Shown in pieces: positions 41,005 through 54,860 of a DNA stretch of 64,000 nucleotides. The position numbers and the translations under genes are program-made. The notes under the pieces are model-generated. The model saw only the letters and a program-made list of their open reading frames with translations, was not told the origin of the DNA and did no database searches. The stretch's first letter is position 1. Every line of letters starts with the position of its first letter. This stretch comes from Octopus vulgaris (lineage: Eukaryota), in NCBI GenBank assembly GCA_951406725.2, contig OX597821.1, positions 4,588,001 to 4,652,000 of the forward strand. The letters are read 5' to 3'.

Positions 41005-44000
41005 CTGGTGTAGTTGAGTTGCAAAAACAGCAGCATCAACAACTGAAGGAACAACGAGAACAACAACAATGAGTACAGCAACTGATGTTACAACCTAGAA
41101 CCTCTTAACCAAAGCGGAGTTTACATTTTCGCCTGACCATGTAACAAAATCCTTAAGCGAATTCAAATATGGCCCACGAAAACTAGTAACCTTCGAGAAT
41201 TATTTTCGAACATTTGAACAAATTTTTGAAAAAGTGTGACAGGATTGGATGGACAGAGTAAAAAGGCGTCTATTTTTAAGAAAACTAACAACAGCAGAGC
41301 TTGAGAAATATAGTGACTCCATATTGCCAAAAAACGCACCTCACATATATTTGACCGATGCAATTGACATTTTGTGCAAAGTGTTTAGTGAAAAGAGCTC
41401 ACTCTTTAATGGTAATGTTTAATGGTAATGTTTAAACAAAGAAAAGAGCGAATATGAAGACTTCACTGCTTACACAGGCAGTGTCAAAACAGAATGTGAG
41501 AGATTTAGGTTGGATATGGTTATTCCAGATTCTTTGAAGTGTTTGAGTTTGTAGAAGGATTGACAGATAAAAGTGACTGAGAAATCCGCGACGAGAATTC
41601 TAGCAAAACTGGAAATGAATCAGGGTTTGACATTGCAGAAACTGTCAAAAGAGTGTGAATTGATAATAAGGCATGACTCGGAAGAAATTCAACGGAAAGA
41701 GTGTTTTCAAATAAGACCAATATAAAAAAAAGTCGGAAAACAAATAGTGTTACAGAAAAACAGAAAAAATTATCGGGATGTAGACCCGTGTATGGCATGT
41801 AGAGGGATGCACCTAAAAAACATTGTCCGCATAAAAAGCAACATTTTTTTGCTACGGATTTACAGTAAATATAAAATCGCACTGCAAAACCAGATTGATA
41901 AGAAAATGGAGCAAAGAGAAAAATAAATATTTTGTCAGCAGGAAAAGTTGTGACTGCAACAAACAGAAAAATTCGTGAACCTGAGAATTGAGACTGCTAG
42001 TGTCAGAATGCAATGAGACATGGGAAGTGATATCACAATCATAATTGAGAAAACAATGGAACAAATGAGTAAACCAAAATTCTGTAGTTCAATCAAAATA
42101 GCGTCCGGTGTTACGGGAAGAAAATTATATTTCACAAGCGAACGCGTTTGTAATATAATGTTCAAATGTCGAACCAGAAAAGTGAATATTTATGTGTTGA
42201 AAAGATCCATTAATTTATTTGGCACCGAATTTATGGAGAAATTTAATTAACGGGATACACCCACAAGCGTTTTCTGCAATAACATAAACAGAGCAGTCAG
42301 ACGAACGAACGAGGCCTGATAAACGCAGACAAAAAAATGAAAGAAACATTCCCAAAAGACTTTTCAAAAGGTTTAGATTGTTGCACAAAAACAGAAGTAA
42401 AGATTGCTATCAAATCAAATTCAACACCTATTTTCAGGCCCAAAGGGAATGTGCCGTTTGTGGCGGTAGACCGGGTCAATAAAGAACTAGAAAGGTTGGA
42501 ATGCCTGCATATAACTGAAAAGATTGACCATACATAGAGGGCAGCACCGGCAGTCTACGTAAAATTTTAAAAATATATGCTATGAGTGTGCACAGACTTC
42601 TCAACCGGATTAAACGACAGTTTACTCACACACAATTACCAACTACCAAGCTCGAAAGAATTATTTACTTAAATTTATATTACTTAAAGAATTAAGTAAA
42701 GGGAACGAAATTTTCTCGAAGTTAGACCTCTCAGAATCGTACATTCAAATTCAGTCAGAGGCAGATTGCACATATCTACTAATAATCAATACGGACCGCG
42801 CATTGTACAATTTTAAACGACTGCCGTCTGGAGTAAAAGTGGTACCTTCCATATTCCAAAAAGTAATGGATGCTATGTTAAATGATTCTGGCTTCGCCAT
42901 AGAGTACTTCGATGGCGTTTTAGTAAAGAGTGAGTTTCAGGAGCGACTCGTCGAATACTTAAATAACGTAATCGAGAGAATTAGTAACTACGAGCTAAAA
43001 ATGAAGAAGAAAAATGCGAATTTTTTATGGAAGTAATGAAATACGTAGGTGAAGAAATCGAAGAAAGTGGGCGCAAACTGAACCCATCAAGGGTGACGGC
43101 AATACGAAATATACCGACCACGACGAACGTGACGATGTTACAAGCATTTCTAGGCTTGGAGAATTATTACCAAGTGTATATACTCAAATATACATAAGAT
43201 AAATGAGCCACTTAATGAATTGTTTAAAAAAAATGGCAAATAGGTTTGGACAGAGAAGTGCCAGAAAGCATTCAAAGAGTTAAAAGATGTGTTAACTTCA
43301 GATTTGTATCTTACGCATATCTACTCAAAGTTAGAGATAATACTAGCTACAGATGCGAGCAAGTACGCAAGGATAACGATGGCAGGAGAAAGGCCATAGC
43401 TCGCATATCAAGGACATTATTGCCGGCGGAAAAGTTCTATAACCAGAATAAAAAAGAGGGGTTGGCTATTATATCTGGCGTGAAAAAGTTCCACAGGTTC
43501 ATTCAGTGCAGAAGTTTTAGGTTGCAAGCGGAGCATAGGCCGCTAATGACGATATACTAACCCAAGAAGTTAATCCCGACACACACGGTAAACAGATTTC
43601 AGCTGTGCGATATGATTCTATCAAACTATGTTTATAAAATGGAATTTCTGCCTTCAAAAGCGTTGAGGCATGCCGATTGCATGTCTAGGTTAATTCCGAG
43701 AAATAACGAACCGATGGAGGACACCGTAATAGCAGCCCTAAGAGCGGAAGCGGAAAGAAAAAAAAAAGTCACGTGGAACATCGTGCATGAACTACCAGTA
43801 AATTTGGAAGAGATAAAAAGAAATGCGAGAAATGACAAATTTATTATTGAGACAAAAAGAAAACTGTGGTCGACAAAAGGAAATAAAGGAAAGTCTGAAG
43901 CAAAGAACCTCCAAGATTTGAGCATGAACTCTATATGTGATTGTGTATTGATGTGGGACACTCAGGCATCTCTAGAATGAAAGCTCTGATGCGAACTTTT

Positions 44001-45080
44001 GTAAAGTAGCCAAGCACTATCAAGGAAGTTGAAAGCCTGGTAAAATTCTGCAGAGGAATTGCGCTGGCAGTGAATCTACCTACAACAAAATGTGAACTTT
44101 GGACGGAAGTGAGAATACCATGGTCCTGAATGCATATCGATTTTTCAGGCCTGGTTAATGGATATTTTTATTTCTTTATTGCCCACAAGTGGCTAAACAT
44201 AGAGGGGACAAACAAGGACAGACAAACGGATTAAATCGATTAGATCGACCCCAGTGCATAAGTGGCACTTAATTTATCGACCCTGAATGGATGGAAGGCA
44301 AATTCGACCTGGGCGGAGTTTGAACTCAGAAAGTAAAGACAGGCGAAATACCTATTTCTTAACTACCCACAAGGGGCTAAACACAGAGAGGACAAACAAG
44401 GACAGACAAACCGATTAAGTCGATTATATCGACCCCAGTGCGTAACTGGTACTTATTTAATCGACCCCGAAAGGATGAAAGGCAAAGTGGACCTCGGCGG
44501 AATTTAAACTCAGAACGTAAAGACAGACGAAATAACGCTAAGCATTTCGCCCAGCGTGCTACCGGTTCTGCCAGCTTGCCGCCTGGATATTATTACTTAA
44601 TAGCAGTGGACAGCTACGCAAAATGGCCGGAGATAGTGAGGTGTAACCGACCAAACTCGTATACGGTAATAGACTTCTTACAAATGCTGTTCGCAAGATT
44701 TGGTATAATTGTTCTGATAACGGAACACAGTTTGTATGCTGTGAGTTTAAAAGATTCTGCGAGATATTCACGTCAGAACATAAAACTAAAGCACCACCGT
44801 ATCACCCAACATCGATGGAAAGGCCTAAGGGATCGTGGACGCATTTAAGAGAGATTTAAAGAAAGTAAAGAAAGCTAATAAGGTAGCCACGGACGAGATC
44901 GTAACCCAACAATTCTTAAAGGCATACAGGGTAACTCCGAGCCCACAATGCACGAGAAGGAATTCATAGATGTAAACCCCTTCGTCATTGAGATGAAACA
45001 GAGTAACAGATTGGCAATCAATTCCTGCATATACCATCTTATGCATACCATAACAAGAGGAAGTTGCATCAAGTTGGAAA
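41005..45080 (+). mobile_element. Ty3/gypsy (Mag-like) LTR retrotransposon internal region, degenerate, no LTRs seen
   Basis: The domains follow gypsy order: gag with Cys/His remnants (about 41780), protease DMGSDITII, RT FSKLDLS/YNFKRLPSGVK/YFDGVLV, RNase H LATDAS/KEGLAII, and integrase HIDFSG..YLIAVDSYAKWPE. A possible PBS TGGTGTAG lies at about 41006. Confidence 0.93.
44171..44583 (-). mobile_element. SINE family B (internally dimeric) inserted in the gypsy integrase with a 12-bp TSD
   Basis: Flanked by TGGATATTTTTA (44159-44170) and TGGATATTATTA (44584-44595). Homologous to the 51165 and 57945 copies. Confidence 0.92.
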
Positions 45081-45374
45081 TAGAGAGATTTCCCGGCTAA
45101 ATGAATATAAATTTAGTTTTCCGAAATTTTTCCCGAACTTCATACGAATATTATATGATTTAGTTTATTGGAGCTAAAACATGCATTTGTATATTTTTTC
45201 GTTACTAACCATGGAACATTTATCCATTATGATCTCACCCTCATTGATACATACTCCTCTATCCGTTATACAACCATATATATGTACGTATTTCCATATA
45301 CCCGTATGCAAATTAATGGATACATAGATAAGAGTGAGTGTCTCGGTGTGTGTGTCTGCATGTGTTTTTATGTG

Positions 45375-45510
45375 TGTGCGTGCGTGTGTGCATGCGTGTG
45401 TGTGTGCATGCGTGTGTGTGTGCATGCGTGTGTGTGTGCATGCGTGTGTGTGTGTGCATACGTGTGTGTGTGTGCATGCGTGTGTGTGTGTGCATGAGTG
45501 TGTGTGCATG
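45375..45510. repeat. (TGCATGCGTGTGTGTG)n-type minisatellite derived from (TG)n
   Basis: About 7-8 units of 16-18 bp. Confidence 0.9.
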
Positions 45511-45778
45511 TTTGCATTGCGCGCGTGCGTGCGTATGTATACTAACCTGTTTGTTGCAGATATGCAACTTTCTGTCTACCATCATTCAATATATGTTGCT
45601 TACACAAAAGCACAAACGCACACACATAAACACACATACATACGCACACATAAATGTGCATGTTTGCATTAAGTACTAATATGCATATATAAATGTGTGT
45701 GTGTGTATATGTGTGTGCCTCTGTGTGTGTGCATACCCAAATTAATTCCCAAACACAGAAACACATACCCATATTTAC

Positions 45779-45810
<32 letters not shown>

Positions 45811-45815
45811 GTGTA

Positions 45816-46285
45816 ATATAGGGGTATATAAAATGTTTATGCTAATGCTTTGTTAGAAAATGTATATTTTATGTAAAACGAAACTTAACCACTCAACAAG
45901 ACTTTTAGCATTAGAATACCAATGCTTATCTCCCCCTAACATTCCTACTCTTTTGAATACATAATGGAAAGGAAAAAAAATGACTGCATTTTGATAAAAA
46001 TTTATTCTGATTGGTGATGAGTACTTTTTTTCCTTTTTCTGTACATATGTTATTTCCTAAAATCAATCCCCCTTTTTTTATCTGCACTTTTTCCCTATTT
46101 GTATTTGATGAATCGCAAATTATGGGATACGCGATGGAACTTTTTTTATAACGCCACCCCTATACCCATAAAGAAATTCTCTAATGTTTAGTATTGTAGA
46201 AAATATATTTGTTGTTCTTTTTTCTTTATCGTGTGTACATGTGCATTCCATTAATACATAAGCGTTTATATAATACCCCGTATAT
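45816..46285. mobile_element. MITE-like element with ~35-bp imperfect terminal inverted repeats
   Basis: atataggggtatataaaatgtttatg versus cataagcgtttatataataccccgtatat. Confidence 0.55.
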
Positions 46286-46795
46286 GTGTAAATGCGCAAA
46301 ATTATCGATCAGTTCTCAGAGTATATGGATTTCTAAACCTTTGAGAATATTTAATGTCTTCATATAATCCTACTGTTTGCCATTCTTCGCAGTTATCTTA
46401 AAGCCTCGCGAATTCCAAATATATTCTGCAAGCAGACAAAGTTAACTTTATTCAAGGCTAGATTAGCATACAAGTGGATTACATAGATTTGCGATGCGAA
46501 AACTAGAAGAAACGCATCAATTGTACCAGTGTGTCACTAACAGCTGCTTTTCAATTGATTTTCTTTTTTTGTCAGCAAAGCTTTAGATGCAATAAATTTT
46601 GTATATATATATATTTTTTATTGTCTGCCTGCATTTGTCTGACTAGGTATCTGCGTGCCATGTACGTGTGTGTACGTGTGTGTGTGTATGTGTGTGTGTG
46701 TGTGTAAGAACTATAGAGGCATACATGTACATCTATGAAACATCCAATAGTGATATTCATTCTTTGCATATGTGTGAGTGTATACTTATGAATGC

Positions 46796-46853
<58 letters not shown>

Positions 46854-47063
46854 TAATATGAACATGTATATACAATCATGTATCTATAACATATATATGT
46901 ATGCTATATATATGTATATTAATACAAAATGTATATATAATCATGTATGTATAACATATTTATGTATATGTATATATATATACACACATATATTAAAATG
47001 TTCGGCTATATGCATATATATACACATATATATATATAAATATATGTATATGCGCGCGTATAC

Positions 47064-47098
<35 letters not shown>

Positions 47099-48095
47099 TA
47101 AACCATCTATACATTTATACTAGATATATGCATTAATGCCTACATACTTACATACATAAGTATATCCGTAAATGCATAGCTACATAAACACACACATATA
47201 TATATATATATATACATTGTATAAGTCCATGGTTATATATGTATGTATACATGTTCGTGATTGGCGCAGCGGTCTGTATATGTTAGCATTCATATTTCTT
47301 CATGCATCAGGATGAATAAAAATATTTGCTTAGAATATTGAAAGATTCAAGCTAAAATAATTGAATATCTAAGCAGACTAATCTCCTGTCACCTAAAACA
47401 ATTTCGCTTTTATTTAATATTTTATTTCGCTTTTCTTTTACCAATATCCTTTCAATTCTTCTGTTAACAGCATTCTTTACTTAGTTGTCAGATTGCAGTA
47501 CGAAGAAGCCGGAATCAGTCTATATTTCTCATATCGTGGTGTGGGAGGCAGAATCGATTATGTTTATGAACAAAACTTATAACATCGCTACTCTGCTGTA
47601 AATATACGATGTCAATTGCATTCATTCAAATTTTCACAGTAAAACAGCGCTTATATAATGGAGATGTACGCTCCTCAGATACGCTGAAATATGTTTGAAT
47701 TTAATATATGAATCTGAATGTGTGTTCCCAGACGTAGGCCACATCCATGCACCTACGTAATTGAAATTTAGTATAGGGTGCATTGTCTCCTGTAGACGAC
47801 CTTTGGTCATGCAACCAATTTTTTTAAAATCTCTTCATTTTAACTCTTGACAGAAAATATTAAAAACTACTGTATACGCCCAAGGACTGCAATTAGTACT
47901 AGAAACAGTTGCTGATTAAGAAAATAATTCACTTAAAGTAATTATGTAAATTAGAACACATTAGAAAGAATAATTCATTTAGAGCAATTATGTAAATTAG
48001 CACAGTATTTCGAAAAATCAAGTTTTGCCGGAAAATAAAAAAAAAGTTGTGCTCTATATTTGTTGCCATTTTCCCAACTACTGCTGCTGCTGCTG

Positions 48096-48153
<58 letters not shown>

Positions 48154-49476
48154 AAACTATTACATGTTAATTTAATTAGTAGGGATGTTATCTTGATGTT
48201 CTGTGACGACAAGTCTCCTCAAATAACAAAAAAAAAACCGCTTTCATAGAAATCTTGTATAACTCAACAGTTTCGACAACACGTATCTCAAGTTCAGTAT
48301 ATTGCAGCCTCTAAAGTTGTCGCATTTGTGTTCGACAAGACCTCCATCTGACGTACTAGGACTTGATAAGTTTTCTTTGATATTCACTCTTCTGTTATTG
48401 TTTGACAAACTCTAATATATCTTACACTGTTAGGAAACTTATTTTGTTCTCCTCTGCAATCATGTAAAGTCTCCTTGTTTCTCTCCCATGGCTTTTTGTG
48501 GAGAAATCATATAACTATGAATCACCATCACAGTTTATGACGGGTGTTTATACCACTTTTCCGCTCAAGCGAATCCACACACTTGACCAATATTCCCATG
48601 CATGCTTTTACCGACAATTCATTTTAGCACTTATGATGTACTTCTTTCTTTCTGCTAGCTAACTGCATTCATTTAAAAGATTATTAATATGTTCGTTTCT
48701 TTTTCCACAGATTCTTCGTTTCCTCTCTCACTGAGTTTTATGTGTTTTTTTCATTTCATCGAGTACCTTTTAATGCCTTCCACCTGAGTGTCTATAATTA
48801 TCAAATTAATATTCATTTTCTCGTTTCTGCGTTCTCGGCTTACTGAAGTATGCACTTTCGGAAAATATTCTGTTTTTACTACACTTTCGGTCATCAAAAT
48901 ACACAGGATGATCATATTCGTGAGTTACTAGTATCATGCCTCGGAGGAAGGAGATTTTCATCACATTTACAGAAACGACACCTATTTACTTTTCTTTCTG
49001 CCTTTTCTGATTTTCTTGATACCTGTTATGAATATGCGTAACCGGATGACATTGTTTTTTCTAAAATAGAACACAATATATTCCAGTTCAAGCTTACAAT
49101 TTCTGAGTTGGTGTACTTTTTTGTTTCCTTTTGTATCCAAAGAAGAAAAACACTCAGAAAATATTATTCTATTCAATAGAGAATGTCAATCTGTTTTTAT
49201 TACATATCATATCGTACTTTTTTTACTGAATTTCATCAACATTCTCATCATTATTGTCGTCGTTATTATTATTATTATTACTATTATTATTATTATCAAC
49301 ATTATTATTCAGTAGTCTTAATTTTATCACGTACTTTCATCGCACTACCAATCTCAGCGCGCTAAAGTGGGAGACATTTGAAAGATACACTTAAATATAA
49401 ATGAACTTTATACATACTGGATTTCGGTTGAGCGTTCTGTATCTTGTTATGGAAATTGTGTTTTGTAAACGACAGA

Positions 49477-49550
49477 CTATGCTGATGATCTTGCAGATAT
49501 TTGCGTGTCCATATACGTAAATATTAACAAGTGAAACGAATGGTACATAG
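49477..49550 (+). ncRNA. Type I hammerhead ribozyme motif
   Basis: CUAUG CUGAUGA U-CUUG-ca-GAUAUUUGCGUGU-ccau-AUACGUAAAUAUU-aa-CAAG-U GAAAC GAAUG GUA/ CAUAG. It has a 5-bp stem I, a long stem II and a GUA triplet, with a U-U pair at the base of stem II. Confidence 0.8.
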
Positions 49551-49815
49551 GTAATCATTTTTTATTTCGTATATTTTCATTTGTCTTACTCGTTTTTACA
49601 TTTTGGTTTTTGGCTGAGATTTTTCTTGAGAACACATCCTTTGTGGTAATGGTGATTTGACGTCTATGTTTAGCATATTAGGTGTCCATTTTAGTGGTCT
49701 TCCTCTAAATTTTGTATGTAAAACAATTTTTAATCTTCGGATTTTTTTCAAAATATGCTAAGCCACTGGTTTTAATTGGTTAATATCAATTTCTACCCTT
49801 ATTTAATTTTATCTG

Positions 49816-49854
<39 letters not shown>

Positions 49855-49874
49855 CTCTCTCTCTCTATCTATCT

Positions 49875-49954
<80 letters not shown>

Positions 49955-49974
49955 TTACGTTTGTATGTATTATG

Positions 49975-50019
<45 letters not shown>

Positions 50020-50024
50020 AGTGA

Positions 50025-50166
50025 ATTGAAGAAATGGAGTTGAACGAAGATTGAACAGAAATCGTTTTATTGCATTCTACACCTGTTTCGAAAGGCACAA
50101 TTTACCAAATTCCGATTGAATAACTTTTGATTAATCTGCAACAAGATTATTCATCTTTCTATTTCA

Positions 50167-50170
<4 letters not shown>
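50025..50170 (-). mobile_element. Diverged copy of the 32720 hammerhead-bearing family
   Basis: aatggagttgaacgaagatt..aacagaaat..ttttatt..tgtttcgaa..aattccga aligns with 32738-32822. The core is decayed, but GAAAC-AGGT-GTA is retained. Confidence 0.7.
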
Positions 50171-50229
<59 letters not shown>

Positions 50230-51164
50230 TATGTTTATATATATTTATTTATATACATATATGTGTGTGTGTGCCTGTATTTCTGCGTGTCTATGTGCCT
50301 GCGTATACCGAGGAAGGCGAGGGCAAGTGCAGGTCAGAACCATGTGGAACCGTGCAAGTCTCTTTAATTCTAGAAAAGTGTTTCCTAAATAGCTACAAAA
50401 CTGTTGTGTTTTGTATCTGAACGAAATGATTTCACATCTATTTCTTCCGCATTGAAAATATTAATGCCAATTTCTTATAAATCTGTCTAGCAACACAAAT
50501 TAGGTCGTAGAGAGTGTTAAAACGAAACGTAGCTTCACTTTAAAATCGTAGATGAGACAACAAACTAGATTAGAAAGGCATTCAGTTCACGGTGTAAATA
50601 ATAACCAATTCCATTGTCAGTGAAAGCATTCTGTAATGTGTACTTGAAACATTAACATTGAATTGATTTGATGTTCAACCGACATATCAGAAACAGAAGA
50701 TAAATTAATAAAAGAATAACACATTTGACTTTAATTAATACAATGAGTGATATATGGTCGCTATATGGCGTCATCTAAATTGTAATGTTTGCTAATAGCG
50801 TGTTTAACGTCAAGCATAATTTGTTAAGTTTCTGTATTTGCAGAGTATACGACTTTGGATCAAATTCTCAAAGCAAATGAAACGTCTCCAGCAAGTTTTA
50901 CATTTTAATTGAAATATGATATACCCACTCGCTTGAAAGTGAATATTAATGGAAGAAATCATAATTTAGAGACCTAACAACAGCAACAACAGAAACATTA
51001 ATAATACAAAAGCAACAACAGAACATTAATAATACCAGAGCAAAAACAAAAACATTAATGACAACAACAATAACAAAATGACAAGTAATGGGAACATTAC
51101 TGATAAAAATGAACTCGTCCATTTCAACTCATTGCAAAATGCCAAATTTATTATTAATAATTAG

Positions 51165-51905
51165 GGCGGCAGGGCTGGCAGAAACGTTAGCACGCCGGGC
51201 GAAATGCGTAGCTGTATTTCGTCTGTCGTTACGTCCTGAGTTCAAATTCTGACAAGGTCGACTTTGCCTTTCATCCTTTCGGGATCGATTGAATAAGTAC
51301 CAGTTATGCACTGAGTTCCATATAATCGACTTAATCCGGTTGTCTGTCCTTGTTTGTCCTCTCTGTGTTTAGCGCCTTGTGGGTAGTAAAGAAATTGGTA
51401 TTTTGTCTGCCGTTATGTTGTGAGTTCAAATTCCGCCGAGGTCGACTTTGATAGAAATGTAAGTTCATGTTTGATGTCATACTTTCGGGGTCGATAAATT
51501 AAGTACCAGTTATGCACTGGGGTCGATGTAATCGAACTAATTCCATTGACTGTCCTTGTTTGCCCCCTCTATCTTTAACCCCTTGTGGGCAATAAAGAAA
51601 TAAGAACCGTTAGAACGCCGGGCGAAATGCGTAGCTGTATTTCGTCTGCCGGTACGTTCTGAGTTCAAATTCCGCCGAGGTGGACTTTGCCTTTCATTCT
51701 TTCGGGGTCGATTAAATAAGTACCAGCTACGCACTGGGTTCGGTATAATCGACTTAATCTGTTTGTCTGTCCTTGTTTGTCCTCTCTGTGTTTAGCCCCT
51801 TGTGGGTAGTAAAGAAATAGGCATTTTGTCTGCCGTTACGTTTACACTGGTACCGATGTAGTTTTCTGAACCCTCCTCCTAAAAATTGCTAACCTTGCAT
51901 CAATT
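51165..51905 (+). mobile_element. SINE family B, multimeric (about four internal ~190-bp units, two heads)
   Basis: Head ggcggcagggctggcagaaacgttag, then repeated gagttcaaattccgccgaggtcgactttgcctttcatcctttcggggtcgat..aagtaccag. Confidence 0.92.
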
Positions 51906-52689
51906 AAACCGTTAATTGTACAAGATTACGTGCAACAAATGAGAACAAGTGTATTGATTTAAACAGCGCTAGAATATTATTGCTACTAGGTCGTTGCGAC
52001 CAGGGGCACATTATGCAAAATGTTTCTAGAAGCACAACGTAGTTTTTTAAGAAGGTGTTTAAATATTGGATAATGTAATACTAGATTTTCTCTGGCTTCT
52101 ATGATAAATATCCAGTTTTTCAATCCACTAAGCAAACTGCTCATTGATTTAACGCTTATACTAAGGTAATTATCTGCCGGAAAATAGTATCACACAGTAA
52201 ATCTTTTATCACTATTTTTGGCTCTGGCAAAATGAAAACCAACCAAATCGGATCATCAAATATTTTGAAGAATTCGTGATTCGAATAACCAAATGTTATA
52301 AAAAAATTTTCTGTGAATTGAACATAGCACAATGTTCTTGAGAATGAATTTATCCTAAAAAGACGGGATGTCCAAAGTTGGAACAACTTTCTTAATATTT
52401 CTCAGTTACGAATGAGACAGGGTTGCCATCTGCTTCGTACCCTTTTCTCCAAAGACAAAAACCTTTGATAGAAATGGAAGTTCATGTTTGATGTCATTCT
52501 CTTTAACTTTTTAACTAGTTTCACCCCGAAAGCTGCAGTCATGCTGGGGCACCATCTTAAGTTGTACTGTGTAAATTTACACTGAAAGTGTAAAATATAT
52601 TTTGTAGCTTATAAATATAAATGTTTCTAAGACAGAAACGAAGCCAGCAATTTTTAGCGGCGGAAAAAAAAAACGGTATTAATCGATAA

Positions 52690-52850
52690 CCTCGCACTCA
52701 GAATTTGATTGATTTTTTTTATGCCATAGCCCCCGAAATGATAAAATGCAAATTTGACCTCGACGGTATTGAACGCAGGATGTAAAGAGACGGAACAAAT
52801 ACTGAAAAATTGATTTTGCCAACGCTCCAGCGATTCCGCCTACTCGACGC
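52690..52850 (-). mobile_element. SINE family B, diverged fragment
   Basis: ccccgaaatgataaaatgcaaatttgacctcgacggtattgaac is the reverse complement of the family B core. Confidence 0.65.
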
Positions 52851-52955
52851 TTGAATGATGATGATGAGGCGGATGATGATGACGACGACGACGACGACGA
52901 TTAACATAACGACGTCAAAGATGATGTTCATAATAAGAACAACAACAACAAATAC

Positions 52956-53134
<179 letters not shown>

Positions 53135-54204
53135 AGGCAATAATAATATTTTAGACAATCTCGGTTTTTCTTAATCACTAAGTATAGGAAATATCAACAG
53201 ACCAAAAATAAAAGAAAGCGCATCTTTTGAATTAATTTGTCTCGAATGATTTCTTTCCCTTCAAGACAGGAAACGAAAGTTATTCATTAATAAAGATTAA
53301 CTTATGAAATATTTCTGAATCAAACAAATTCAAATTTGTTTATCTTAATATTTATATATGAATTCATTTATTTGATGTAGTGCACTTTCTACAAACACAG
53401 TTGTTGATTATTATTTATATATATATAGATGTATGTTATTTTTTCCCCCTTTCTGATAAAGTTGTTATAACTTTGTATAAGATTGTCACATGAATCAGAG
53501 AATCAGATTGGAAATATCAAACTGAACTGTTGTTGTTGTACTGGTTGTTTGTGTTCTTGTTTGTCGTTCTTGATTTTTTTTATTTCATTTGTGATGGTCA
53601 TGGTGATAATAGAGTCGTTGCTCTCTTGTACTCAATATCCCCAATAAAGCAGACTTATGGTTAGCAACGTTCAGTTCACAACCATCTCATCATATTTCCA
53701 CACATAATACATGAACGACTACATTATATGCTGTACCCTCTTTGTTTCTATCTTTTGCTGTAAAAATACGTCATATTTTGTTGCGCAAATCGCCAACGTA
53801 TATGTAACTGCCCGTGCACAGCCTCATGGTTGCCGCCACTAGTTTTGGCCTATAAGAACTAGGTACAATATGTTATATACAGAACTATTAACAAAATTTA
53901 TACCCTCGATAGTATCAATTTCCGTAAGGAGAATGGAACCAAAGGATCCGGGAGCATGTACTTATTTTGAGATAAATTTAAACTTCGTTCTCTTTGGTTT
54001 GCAAGAATGTCTCATATGTCTGTAATTCTAGATGACCTACTTACCGGTGTCACAAGATAGCAACTCCTAGAATAGAAGCAGTTGCTATGTTCTGGGAAGC
54101 CACTTTATTCGGCGTTTCTAAACGAATAGATTATGAAAAGTCACAGGAACTTGATCTTATTATATTTATTATTTTTCGATACTGAGAAAATTGAAAATAT
54201 GCCT

Positions 54205-54542
54205 GGTACTTATTCTATCGGTCTCTTTTGCTGATCCTCTAAGTTATGTATACGTAAACACACAAACACCGATTGTCAAGTTGTAATGGGGGGTGGACAA
54301 ACACACACACACACACATAGATATATTTACGTATATATACGACGGGATTGTTTCAGTTTCCGTTCACCTAAACCACTCACAAGGCCTTAATCTATTGTAG
54401 AAGGCACTCATCCAAAGTGCCATGCAGTAGAACTGAACCCGAAATCACGTAGTTGGGAAGCAAGCTTCAGTATTTCATTATATTGCCCCTAGGGCCTTAC
54501 ATAGAGGAAGGAAGCTTATTACCTCGCAGCCACTCCTGCGCC
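54205..54542 (-). mobile_element. SINE family A
   Basis: The reverse complement matches 58977-59290. Confidence 0.8.
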
Positions 54543-54860
54543 TATATTTACAAAATTTATTTATGACTAAATTCTGACATCCGTCATTAGGTCCAGCTCC
54601 CGATGCGATCTGATGTTTTGAGTGCCTCAGTAACACTGAGGGCTATGCGAGCAGAGTACAAGTCCATGTAGAGATTCCTATGTTGATCAGGTCAAACGAT
54701 AAAGGTGAGACTAACGTGGACCAATGGTTTCGAGCGGTCAAAATGTGCAAAATATGTGGGCTAAATATTATAACCTATAAAAAGGTAAGGTTACTCATGC
54801 ATGGATGACTATTCTAAACTTAGAAAACCTGAGAGAGGAAGATCATTCTTTGTGGAAATA

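Noticed and set aside
40990-45300. LTRs for the gypsy element
   Set aside because: No direct repeat pair was found on the two sides.
47630-47685. CTGAGGA-GCGT..GCGC on the minus strand as a hammerhead
   Set aside because: GAAA is about 11 nt away from stem II and there is no stem I.
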